Positions 8,821-16,691 of a DNA stretch of 48,885 nucleotides are shown here, piece after piece. The DNA is from a virus (taxonomy: Duplodnaviria; Caudoviricetes), in the IMG/VR virus record IMGVR_UViG_3300002307_000075, positions 1 through 48,885 of that record; one strand, written 5' to 3'. The notes under the pieces are model-generated. The model searched no databases, was not told the DNA's origin, and saw only the letters and a list, made by a program, of their open reading frames with translations. The position numbers were made by a program, and so were the translations under genes. Every line of letters starts with the position of its first letter. Position 1 is the first letter of the stretch.

Positions 8821-9073
8821 TTGACAATATCAAAAATATTTAGTACCTTTGTAATACTTTTAATAACAACGACATATTTATTAAACAAAAAGGGGTAACC
8901 CACAAATAAAAATGATGAACACAAACACACGTATTATATCGATTAGCAATTGGAGACGAAATAGTCATTCAATTGGGTCGGCTATGTCTGTGAGTTTCTT
9001 TGATGATTTTTAAAATTAAAAAGATAAAACTAGCAAACAAAACCCGACCCTAAAAAGTCGGGTTTTTTATTTT
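8821..9073 (+). promoter_or_regulatory. Attenuator-like leader 1 of the Trp/Ser/His/Ile/Asn/Arg tRNA array
   Basis: Promoter 8821-8851, TATTTAT 8875, GGG-GTAA-CCC hairpin, leader ORF, antiterminator GGGTCGG 8975-8981 complementary to CCGACCC 9044-9050, terminator 9039-9073. Confidence 0.85.
8912..9013 (+). CDS. Leader peptide 1 MMNTNTRIISISNWRRNSHSIGSAMSVSFFDDF
   Basis: 33 codons read directly from the sequence; A-rich initiation region. Confidence 0.8.
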   Translation: MMNTNTRIISISNWRRNSHSIGSAMSVSFFDDF

Positions 9074-9097
9074 AGTTCGTTGACATATTGGTTAAAC

Positions 9098-9169
9098 ATG
9101 GACGACAGGCTTGGTGTCGGTGGGCTCTCCAAAAGCTTCACGTAGCTTCTTCGATTGAAGCCGTCCATG
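9098..9169 (+). tRNA. tRNA-Trp(CCA), atypical D-arm
   Basis: ATGGACG/CGTCCAT, G73, loop CTCCAAA. Confidence 0.7.
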
Positions 9170-9181
9170 CTAAATTAAATT

Positions 9182-9269
9182 GGAGGAACCCAGTTGACAG
9201 AGGTACATCGTCTTGAAAACGACTAGGGCAATGAAAGTTGCTGTGCGAGTTGAACTCTCGCTTTCTCCG
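9182..9269 (+). tRNA. tRNA-Ser(TGA)
   Basis: GGAGGAA/TTTCTCC, G73, loop CTTGAAA, long variable arm. Confidence 0.75.
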
Positions 9270-9284
9270 CTTTATATTATACAT

Positions 9285-9374
9285 GGTAACTGAGTTGGAT
9301 ATTTGTTTGCCAAACATGTCTGTGAAACATGGAATCTTAAAAAGGTTATGCGGGTTCAATTCCCGTCAGCTACC
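9285..9374 (+). tRNA. tRNA-His(GTG) with long variable arm
   Basis: CATGT-CTGTGAA-ACATG, G-1:C73, T-arm GCGGG-TTCAATT-CCCGT. Confidence 0.75.
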
Positions 9375-9481
9375 CAAAACTATTACCGTCATCAAATCAA
9401 AAGATTTGGACTCCCGATAAAGGATGCTTAGTAAATAAGGAATAGCTAGGGACGGCTTATGGATAAGTAATTAAGAAATAA

Positions 9482-9565
9482 CGTGAGATGGCCTATTGGT
9501 TTGGGCACCAGTCTGATACACTGGAGATTAATTTCTATAGGTAGGTTCGATTCCTACTCTCACGA
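9482..9565 (+). tRNA. tRNA-Ile(GAT) with long variable arm
   Basis: CGTGAGA/TCTCACG, CCAGT-CTGATAC-ACTGG. Confidence 0.82.
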
Positions 9566-9570
9566 CTGTT

Positions 9571-9608
9571 ATTAACTTAGACATTAACTTGGACATTAAC
9601 TTAGACAT
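9571..9608 (+). repeat. Short 12-bp tandem repeat ATTAACTTRGAC x3
   Basis: Read directly; a fourth copy lies near 9646. Confidence 0.7.
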
Positions 9609-9676
9609 GATGTCCGAGTAACATGCTTAAATGATTAAAATAGAGATTAACTTGGACATTATAACTAAGTGAATTA

Positions 9677-9755
9677 TCGGCATATATCCCCTCAATCTTA
9701 TACATTGTAGAAAGGTTAATTGGTAACATAAGGGTTCGAACCCCTTTTTGCCGAC
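9677..9755 (+). tRNA. tRNA-Ile(TAT)-like, lacking a normal D-arm
   Basis: TCGGCA/TGCCGA acceptor, CAAT-CTTATAC-ATTG, T-arm GGGTTCGAACCCC. Confidence 0.65.
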
Positions 9756-9763
9756 AAACAAAT

Positions 9764-9852
9764 TTGGAGGTTACTTTAGAGGCCGAAAAGCTCAGACTGT
9801 TAATCTGACGAGAATATATTCTCCATCGTGGGTTCAAATCCCACCCTCCAAG
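9764..9852 (+). tRNA. tRNA-Asn(GTT) with long variable arm
   Basis: TTGGAGG/CCTCCAA, G73, TCAGA-CTGTTAA-TCTGA. Confidence 0.82.
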
Positions 9853-9861
9853 CAAATACAT

Positions 9862-9933
9862 TGCGCTATCGTATAATGGCTATTACGTCCCTCTCATAAG
9901 GGGAAAAATGCAGTTCAATTCTGCATAGCGCAA
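9862..9933 (+). tRNA. tRNA(CAT), elongator Met or Ile2
   Basis: TGCGCTA/TAGCGCA, TCCCT-CTCATAA-GGGGA. Confidence 0.85.
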
Positions 9934-9942
9934 CAATAACAT

Positions 9943-10019
9943 GGGGATGTAGCCGTGCAGTTTTCTAAACTGTAAACTGGTAATGGATGAAAATGTGGGT
10001 TCGACCCCCGCCTTCCCTA
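9943..10019 (+). tRNA. tRNA-Arg(TCT)-like, lacking a normal D-arm
   Basis: GCAGT-TTTCTAA-ACTGT, T-arm GTGGG-TTCGACC-CCCGC. Confidence 0.65.
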
Positions 10020-10028
10020 CACTTAAAT

Positions 10029-10107
10029 GCAGATGTATCCAAGCAGTCTTCGAAACTGTATCTGGTAATGGATGAAAATATGGGTTCGACCCCCTTCTTC
10101 TGCACCA
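10029..10107 (+). tRNA. tRNA-Arg(TCG)-like, lacking a normal D-arm
   Basis: GCAGT-CTTCGAA-ACTGT; paralog of 9943-10019; encoded CCA. Confidence 0.65.
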
Positions 10108-10108
10108 T

Positions 10109-10182
10109 GGTCACCTAGTGTAATGGATTAACACACAAGTCTACGAAACTTGGAATATGGGTTAGAATCCCTGTAGGGCTAC
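10109..10182 (+). tRNA. tRNA-Arg(ACG), weak acceptor stem
   Basis: CAAGT-CTACGAA-ACTTG; D-arm intact. Confidence 0.65.
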
Positions 10183-10189
10183 ACATAAT

Positions 10190-10260
10190 GGTTCCATCGT
10201 TCAACGGAAGGACATTCGCCTTCTAAGCGAAGAATCAGGGTTCGAGTCCCTGTGGAACCA
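10190..10260 (+). tRNA. tRNA-Arg(TCT)
   Basis: Canonical cloverleaf, TTCGC-CTTCTAA-GCGAA. Confidence 0.92.
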
Positions 10261-10273
10261 CAGTATAATATAC

Positions 10274-10358
10274 GGAGAGTAACATCAGCTGGGCTGGTTC
10301 CTGTTTGCTAAACAGAGAGTACTCGAAAGGGTATTAGGTTCGATTCCTATTCTCTCCG
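10274..10358 (+). tRNA. tRNA-Ser(GCT)
   Basis: GGAGAG/CTCTCC, G73, loop TTGCTAA, long variable arm. Confidence 0.85.
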
Positions 10359-10457
10359 CCCGTTTGATAACCAATATGTTTATCATGATTATTACGATAG
10401 AGCAAAAAGTAAGTATTAAATTTGGTTTTTTAAAATTAATTTTGTACCTTTGTGTCC

Positions 10458-10577
10458 ATGAAAGAAACTATCAAACAAATATTACGTGAGGGTTCTGAAA
10501 ATAACATTTTGGGCGTGGCGGTAAGCCGTCCAACTCAAGAACTTATTGTAATGCGTGGAATTCCTGGAGCACTTTAA
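10458..10577 (+). pseudogene. Stand-alone 39 aa N-terminal fragment of the polynucleotide kinase
   Basis: MKETIKQILREG...SRPTQELIVMRGIPGAL*, homologous to 10618-10734. Confidence 0.75.
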
Positions 10578-10617
10578 TTTTTAGATAGGTATGAAATTAA
10601 ATATAAAAAATTAATAA

Positions 10618-11562
10618 ATGAAAAATAACATTAAAAAAGTTTTAAGAGAAGGTTTATTACCAGAATCTTTAAACATATTAAACGTAAAAGTAAGTCGCCC
10701 CTCTCAGATGTTAATCATCATGAGAGGGGTGCCGTAGCTTGGTGCTGGAAAAAGCACCAAGGCCAAATCTATTGTCGGTAAAGGCAAGATTCATTCAACC
10801 GATGACCTTATTGAAAAATATGGCGATTACCGTGAATTTTTTGCCAAGATGATTGCATCTGGTGATTTTAGTTCGTTGAGTAAAATGCACTCACAAAATT
10901 TAAAAGATGCTATCGAATCAATGAAAGCTGGTGTTTCACCAGTTATTATTGATAACACCAACATCAAACACAATGAGCCAAAGGCTTATGTAAAAGCAGC
11001 TTTAGAAATGGGTTTTGCTGATAATAACATCAAATTTGTTGATGTTGGTACCGCTGGACTTGAGGCTGCACAATTGGCTGCTAGGAATACTCATGGTGTT
11101 CCATTAGAAAAGATTGAAGCTATGATTGTAAGTCATACAGCACAAGGTCCATTGACGCTTAAAAGCATCTTGGATTCTAAAGACATGTACGGAAACACAA
11201 ACGTTTTATATTCAGCTGTTGTATTGGATAAAGCATCTTACAATAAATTGCTTGAGCGATTTGGTTTGGATATTCCAGATGGTTGGAAAATCTTTGCACA
11301 TCATATGACAATTAATATAGGTGAATTAAAAGATAAATCTGAATTGGGCAAAGAGGTTATACTTAGAGTAATTAAATTTGGAATGTCTGATATGACTATA
11401 GCAGTACAAGTTAAAGGGTATCCATCCAAAAAAGCTATTCCTCATGTTACCTTAGCGGTAAACCCAGAAGGTGGTAAACCAGTGATGACCAACGAAATTA
11501 CCAAATGGCAAGATATTAAACCTTTTTATATCACAGGTATTGTAACCGAAATAACAAAATAA
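10618..11562 (+). CDS. P-loop polynucleotide kinase + 2H cyclic phosphodiesterase (Trl1/CNPase-like RNA end-healing enzyme) with in-frame TAG at 10735
   Basis: MRGVP*LGAGKST...IIDNTN...RNTHGVP, then HHMT and PHVT 2H motifs; frame continuous across the TAG. Confidence 0.8.
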
Positions 11563-11669
11563 TGAAAGTATCCGCACAAGTAATATTGATTAACCCACAA
11601 GGACTTATATTGGGTGTATCACGTAAAAATGACCACTCAGATTATGCGTATTTCCAAACATATCCATAG
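11562..11669 (+). pseudogene. N-terminal fragment of a Nudix hydrolase, cut by the endonuclease insertion
   Basis: MKVSAQVILINPQGLILGVSRKNDHSD matches the start of 12351-13007. Confidence 0.75.
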
Positions 11670-12262
11670 GCTTGTTTAAATTTTCCTTTTAAACAAGGAG
11701 ATATATTAGCTCTAAAATACCCTAATTCTCGTTCTATTTCACGTAAAGATATAAATTCTTTAATAAATATACCATCTAAACTAAATTGTTTGATGTTACA
11801 TCTATTTTGTTGATTTAGTTTATTAGCCAGTTTTTCTTCATCACTTTTATTATTCCATCTGGTAATACCTTCAACACTTAATTTGGTTATGTAGTCAATG
11901 TTTTGCACCCTAGTTAATGCTATATTTTTTAATTTTAGTATGGTTGCTTCTGAATGTTTAAAACCTATTGAACCATCACCACTCTCAGTCATGTTAACTA
12001 AATTACAACCAGCTTGTTTATATTTTTCGATATAAAATTTTTCTAAGTCACAACAGTCATTAAAACTATTTGTTTCACAAATTAATATCATAAATGGGGC
12101 GACACCACGTGTATGTAATGATTTAATCCAATTAACTCTATGTGATTTATCGTTTGCTCGTAAATGTTTTTTAAGCCTATTATCTAACGTTTGAACAGTT
12201 CTTCCAACATATCTAATTTCATTTGTTAGTGGGTCTATAAGTTTGTATATTTTGTATCTCAT
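11642..12262 (-). CDS. GIY-YIG homing endonuclease with NUMOD3/NUMOD1 domains
   Basis: MRYKIYKL...RYVGRT, GFKHSEAT, QFSLDG...AYGYVWKY; minus-strand TATTTAT just upstream of ATG 12262. Confidence 0.85.
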   Translation of the reverse strand: MRYKIYKLIDPLTNEIRYVGRTVQTLDNRLKKHLRANDKSHRVNWIKSLHTRGVAPFMILICETNSFNDCCDLEKFYIEKYKQAGCNLVNMTESGDGSIGFKHSEATILKLKNIALTRVQNIDYITKLSVEGITRWNNKSDEEKLANKLNQQNRCNIKQFSLDGIFIKEFISLREIERELGYFRANISPCLKGKFKQAYGYVWKYA

Positions 12263-12350
12263 ACTTATAAATATACAGGTTGGTGGGAAAGTACTTGGTG
12301 GGAAACTTGTTTTTGTTAAAAATGTTTCGTACCTTTGTAAAAAAAATAAG

Positions 12351-13007
12351 ATGGTTGATTTTAAAATAGCGGCATGTGTTGTTTTGTTAAACACGGAAGG
12401 CTTAGTATTAGGGGTATCCAGAAAAGATGACCATACTTCGTTTGGTCTTGTTGGCGGCAAGATGGACCCAGAAGATAATGGGAACCCAACAAATACAGCC
12501 ATTCGTGAAGCATTAGAAGAAACTGGTTTAAGAATTTCAAATTTGAGGTTGGTTTTAGCTATCCATAAAGATGGCTATATGAGTTACACTTATTTGGCCG
12601 ATTATGAAGGTGAAATTAATCATAATGAACCACATGTGGTAAGATGGTTGCCGATGGAACGTCTGGTGATGGGTAGCTTTGGAAAGTATAATAAATTGGT
12701 TTCTGAATCTTTGAAAGATATGGATGTTGATTTTCAATACAAAATGTCGATTGTTGAAATAGAAAATGATTTTAAAGCGTTTTTCAATAAAACACTTTAC
12801 AATGGTGTTCAAATGTTGTACGATGGTATCAAGAGGGGTAAAACTTGGTTAGGTGACGAACAATTAACTGTTTATTTTAAATATATTGATGGAACATACA
12901 TTGATGGAGAATTGGAAGATGATGATGTTTTTGAAAATGGTTTATTTGAGATTGGCATACGTTATGGATTTATAACCAAAATTCCAAGTGAATATTTTTC
13001 AAAATAA
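12351..13007 (+). CDS. Nudix hydrolase
   Basis: Nudix box GGKMDPED...TAIREALEETG. Confidence 0.88.
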   Translation: MVDFKIAACVVLLNTEGLVLGVSRKDDHTSFGLVGGKMDPEDNGNPTNTAIREALEETGLRISNLRLVLAIHKDGYMSYTYLADYEGEINHNEPHVVRWLPMERLVMGSFGKYNKLVSESLKDMDVDFQYKMSIVEIENDFKAFFNKTLYNGVQMLYDGIKRGKTWLGDEQLTVYFKYIDGTYIDGELEDDDVFENGLFEIGIRYGFITKIPSEYFSK

Positions 13008-13044
13008 ACTTGCAATCAATAAAAAATAGTGGTATATTTGTAGA

Positions 13045-13395
13045 ATGAAAAAAGATAAAATATTTGAAAGACGTTTGGAAATAAGTTCCAAATTTTTAGA
13101 AATGGGTCAAGCTTTATCCATTGAAGGTAAAAATAATAAAGATTTTAATGTTGGGCAAATTGGTGCTATAATGATACTTCTTGGAGGTATTATTCTTGAA
13201 GAACAAGATATTATTGAATTTAGTAATTTATGTTCTATGTTTTCTGCCAAAAAAATTTTGGAAGGAATGGAAGAAAGTAGTAGCGATATGACCAATTTTA
13301 TAAAAAATAAATCTGAAAGCGAAAGTTATGATGATATTATTAAAAGAATAAATAAGTTTATGCGTGACAACAACAAAGATAATCCTAAAGAATAA
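13045..13395 (+). CDS. Hypothetical protein
   Basis: 116 aa ORF after a promoter. Confidence 0.7.
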   Translation: MKKDKIFERRLEISSKFLEMGQALSIEGKNNKDFNVGQIGAIMILLGGIILEEQDIIEFSNLCSMFSAKKILEGMEESSSDMTNFIKNKSESESYDDIIKRINKFMRDNNKDNPKE

Positions 13396-13401
13396 TACTT
13401 T

Positions 13402-13474
13402 GTGTTTATGATGTAATTGGAAAGCATAAAAGTCTTCTAAACTTTTCGTACAAGTTCGAACCTTGTTAAACACA
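13402..13474 (+). tRNA. tRNA-Arg(TCT), isolated
   Basis: GTGTTTA/TAAACAC, AAAGT-CTTCTAA-ACTTT, ACAAG-TTCGAAC-CTTGT. Confidence 0.8.
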
Positions 13475-13540
13475 CAAAAGAAATAAATATTCTTCACTTT
13501 TATTTGGTGATACCAAATTAATTTACTGATATTTATTAAT

Positions 13541-13792
13541 ATGACAACCAAAAATATACTCAGAAAAGCTCTAAATGAAAGAATAACCGCTACAGTCTCT
13601 AAGGCTGAAGTCCAAGATGTTATATCTAAATTAGAAGCTGGTGTGTCATTCTCCAATAACGATTTTCAATTCGTTAAAAGACCAGATGGTGTCATGTTAC
13701 GATATGATTTGAACCGTGGAACCTATAAATTTTACAACAATCTTATTGAATTTGCTAAAGCAATCGTAAGATTTGTAAAAAGAGGTTGGTAA
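13541..13792 (+). CDS. Hypothetical protein (late motif upstream)
   Basis: 83 aa ORF; TATTTAT at 13530. Confidence 0.7.
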   Translation: MTTKNILRKALNERITATVSKAEVQDVISKLEAGVSFSNNDFQFVKRPDGVMLRYDLNRGTYKFYNNLIEFAKAIVRFVKRGW

Positions 13793-13831
13793 AAATTTGT
13801 TTTATTCAATTTCTTTTCGTACCTTTGTGTT

Positions 13832-14142
13832 ATGAAAAAAAAAAAATAATTAAAGAAGAAATCTTTACCAAAGATTATGATGGTGTGATAACTGGAATAA
13901 GATTTAGCGATTTACCAGGTAACCTATTACCAACAGATATTATTGATATCAATAAAGAACAAGCTTTCTATTCAGAGAATAATAGCTGGGATGCATATTC
14001 AAATTTAACAATATATCGTGAAAGAGAAGAAACTGAGGATGAATTTGATAAAAGAAAAGCTGAAACCGAAGTTTATTTAACCGAATCTAAACAAAGAAGA
14101 TTAGAACAATATCAAAAACTTAAAAAAGAATTTGAATCATGA
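13832..14142 (+). CDS. Hypothetical protein, start codon out of frame across an A12 run
   Basis: ATG-A12-TAA; the body of the ORF is in another frame. Confidence 0.5.
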
Positions 14143-14290
14143 AATAGTTATGATGAAGAACGATTCAGCTAAAGTAGTAATAGAAGATGTACTGATTGGT
14201 GGTGGGAAGTACAACTACTATATTAAATACAGAGTCTTATTGAAAGACAACACCTCAAGGGAAACGGTTCCCGAATTAATCTATTAAAAA

Positions 14291-14773
14291 ATGAAAAAAG
14301 TGATTTTATTAGCATTTGCTTGCTTAATTGTAACAGCTGCTACAAGCCAAACAGACTCGACAAAAACAGATACCACAAAACACAAGGTTGGTGGTTATGT
14401 TTCCATAGGGTTATCAATAACCAATAATTCTGATTTTCTGGCCAGTTCTTACACAGGTATAGAAGGTGGGATAACTTATCGTGACTTCGGTGCTGGTATT
14501 GTATTTGGTCGTGGCTTCCTAAAACATTTAGGAGACAAAACCGATAACATCAACAACTACTTCATTGAAGGTAAGGTATCTTATTCTCATTCAATAAAAA
14601 TAATAACCTTAACACCATTTTTTGGTTATGGTGGTTACATAGGAACCAAGCATAAATTCATTGAGTATGGAATCGGAGCTTCGTATTCTATAAAAAACAT
14701 TAGCCTAGGTATTGCTTTTAGTAACTGGGATGGAACAAATTATTTGACACCTAACATAACGTACAACTTTTAA
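14291..14773 (+). CDS. Small outer-membrane beta-barrel protein
   Basis: Signal peptide, alternating Gly/aromatic strands, C-terminal YNF. Confidence 0.7.
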   Translation: MKKVILLAFACLIVTAATSQTDSTKTDTTKHKVGGYVSIGLSITNNSDFLASSYTGIEGGITYRDFGAGIVFGRGFLKHLGDKTDNINNYFIEGKVSYSHSIKIITLTPFFGYGGYIGTKHKFIEYGIGASYSIKNISLGIAFSNWDGTNYLTPNITYNF

Positions 14774-14775
14774 AT

Positions 14776-16182
14776 ATGAAAAAACTAATCTTATTAATTT
14801 CATTATTCTTAGCTACAAGTGCATTTGCTCAAGACTCAACACAAAGGTTTAGCGTACATGCTCAACAAACATTTGTTGAACAATATCACCCTAGTTTTAA
14901 ATCCAGTGTTAAGTTAGGTGATAAATCACTTTTAAACACTGAAGAATCAACATTGTCTTCAGTAACAACTTTGTTTTTTGGAGCAAGATTATGGAAGTAT
15001 GGTGAGGTTTATGTAAATCCAGAAGTGGCTGGTGGTTCTGGATTTTCTGGAGCTTGTGGTGTTGCTGGTTTTCCAAATGGTACTACATTTAGAGTTGGTA
15101 GCCCAGCACCAAGTGTTTATATAGCAAGATTTTTCTTTAGACAAACAATACCATTGAGTAAAGAAAAAAAATACAGAGATGGTGATTTTAATAAGATTGG
15201 TATGATGATTCCTTCTGAAAGAATTGTAATTACTTTTGGTAAATTTAGTATAAGTGATATATTTGACCAAAATGTTACCAGTCACGACCCAACAACCAGT
15301 TTATTGAATTGGTCACTTATGGATGCTGGTGCATGGGATTATCCATCGAATACTCGTGGTTATACTTATGCGTTATCAGTAAAAGCGGTGAAGAAAAATT
15401 ACACTATTCGTTTTTGTAGTGCTGTAAATGCTTTATGGGCTAATGGATTGGTAACTGAAAACTTCATAGCTACACCAAAAAACTGGGCTAATGCTCATGG
15501 TGAACTTTTGGAAGTAACCATACCGCTAAAAAAAGATGTTAGCAATACTTTGAAATTCACAGGTTTTGCTAATCATGGTAGAATGGCTTCATATGTTAGT
15601 GCAACTAAATCATTATTGAGTGACACAAGTTTAGCTAATAGAAGTGTGGTTGGCACACCTACATCACTCAGCGATACAACATCACATTTGGTTTCACCAG
15701 CTTTGGATAAATTAAGAGGCAAAGGTGGACCTTATTATGGTAAATATGGTTTTATTGTTAGTTGGGAAATGAAACTAAACAAGAAAGATGAAATGATTTT
15801 TGCTAGAGCATCATGGAACAACGGTATAAGAGAAACATGGATGTATACTGAAATAGATGAATCATTTGCATTCGGTGGTTTTATATCTGGTTCGAGGTTT
15901 AAAAGACCCGATGATTTGATAAGAATGGGGTTCGCAATAAACGGTTTATCCAAAGACCATGCTGATTACTTAAAAGCTGGTGGTTATGGTTTTATCATTG
16001 GTGATGGTTTGGGTAATTATCCAAAAGGAATACAACCAGAAATAATATTTGAATTACAATATAATTTCAAATATAAATTCCTTACCTTATCACCAGATTA
16101 TCAATTTATAATAAACCCAGCTTATAACCCAGCCAGAGGCCCAGTAAATGCTTTTGGTTTAAGGGTTCATTTTGAAATGTAA
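14776..16182 (+). CDS. Carbohydrate-selective/OprB-family porin
   Basis: Signal peptide, NPEVAGGSG, GVAGFPNG, WDYPSNTRGYT, PDYQFIINPAYN, terminal GLRVHFEM. Confidence 0.85.
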   Translation: MKKLILLISLFLATSAFAQDSTQRFSVHAQQTFVEQYHPSFKSSVKLGDKSLLNTEESTLSSVTTLFFGARLWKYGEVYVNPEVAGGSGFSGACGVAGFPNGTTFRVGSPAPSVYIARFFFRQTIPLSKEKKYRDGDFNKIGMMIPSERIVITFGKFSISDIFDQNVTSHDPTTSLLNWSLMDAGAWDYPSNTRGYTYALSVKAVKKNYTIRFCSAVNALWANGLVTENFIATPKNWANAHGELLEVTIPLKKDVSNTLKFTGFANHGRMASYVSATKSLLSDTSLANRSVVGTPTSLSDTTSHLVSPALDKLRGKGGPYYGKYGFIVSWEMKLNKKDEMIFARASWNNGIRETWMYTEIDESFAFGGFISGSRFKRPDDLIRMGFAINGLSKDHADYLKAGGYGFIIGDGLGNYPKGIQPEIIFELQYNFKYKFLTLSPDYQFIINPAYNPARGPVNAFGLRVHFEM

Positions 16183-16194
16183 AAAATAAAAACA

Positions 16195-16350
16195 ATGAAA
16201 AAACACATATCATATCCATCTATTGAGCAATTCAGAAATGTAATTGCTAACATCAACAGACAATTTAATTTCGTTGGTTTGGATGAAAATGGTGAACCCA
16301 TTTACGACCACAAAAAAGAGAAACCAACACTAACCAGTATAAAAAAATAA
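16195..16350 (+). pseudogene. 51 aa N-terminal fragment of the Rnl2-like ligase
   Basis: MKKHISYPSIEQFRNVIANINRQFNFVGLD..., near-identical to the start of 18678-19721. Confidence 0.8.
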
Positions 16351-16402
16351 ATTTGGTAATGTGGATTTAATTACTTACCTTTGTGACCTTAACGCTATAT
16401 CA

Positions 16403-16675
16403 ATGAAACATACCGAAATAATTCTTAGAGAAGATGGTAGCTTGTACCGTGAGGTCGACTACATTGATGATTTAGAAATAAGAATCAAGATAGTCACTGG
16501 TGAAATTGAAGAAAAACTCTACTATAAAAATGACCATAACGGTATGTCGCTCATTGATAAGTATGGGTGTACAGATACTTATCAGCCGTTTGAATGTGTT
16601 GGTGAGTTATTGATGAAATTGGTTCAGTCACAAATGCGAAATCGGTCAGCTGATTATCGAAAAGAAAATTATTAA
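16403..16675 (+). CDS. Hypothetical protein
   Basis: ATG after the promoter; MKHTEIIL... Confidence 0.6.
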   Translation: MKHTEIILREDGSLYREVDYIDDLEIRIKIVTGEIEEKLYYKNDHNGMSLIDKYGCTDTYQPFECVGELLMKLVQSQMRNRSADYRKENY

Positions 16676-16691
16676 CGCTAAAACTAGTGAT

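Noticed and set aside
8912-9073. T-box riboswitch explanation for the leaders
   Set aside because: No stem I/specifier or TGGnACC T-box motif; the ORFs with clustered codons fit ribosome-mediated attenuation better
9383-9472. Additional tRNA-Ile(GAT)
   Set aside because: A CGATAA loop is present but there is no convincing T-arm or acceptor stem
9571-9660. CRISPR array
   Set aside because: 12-bp head-to-tail repeats without spacers; no cas genes
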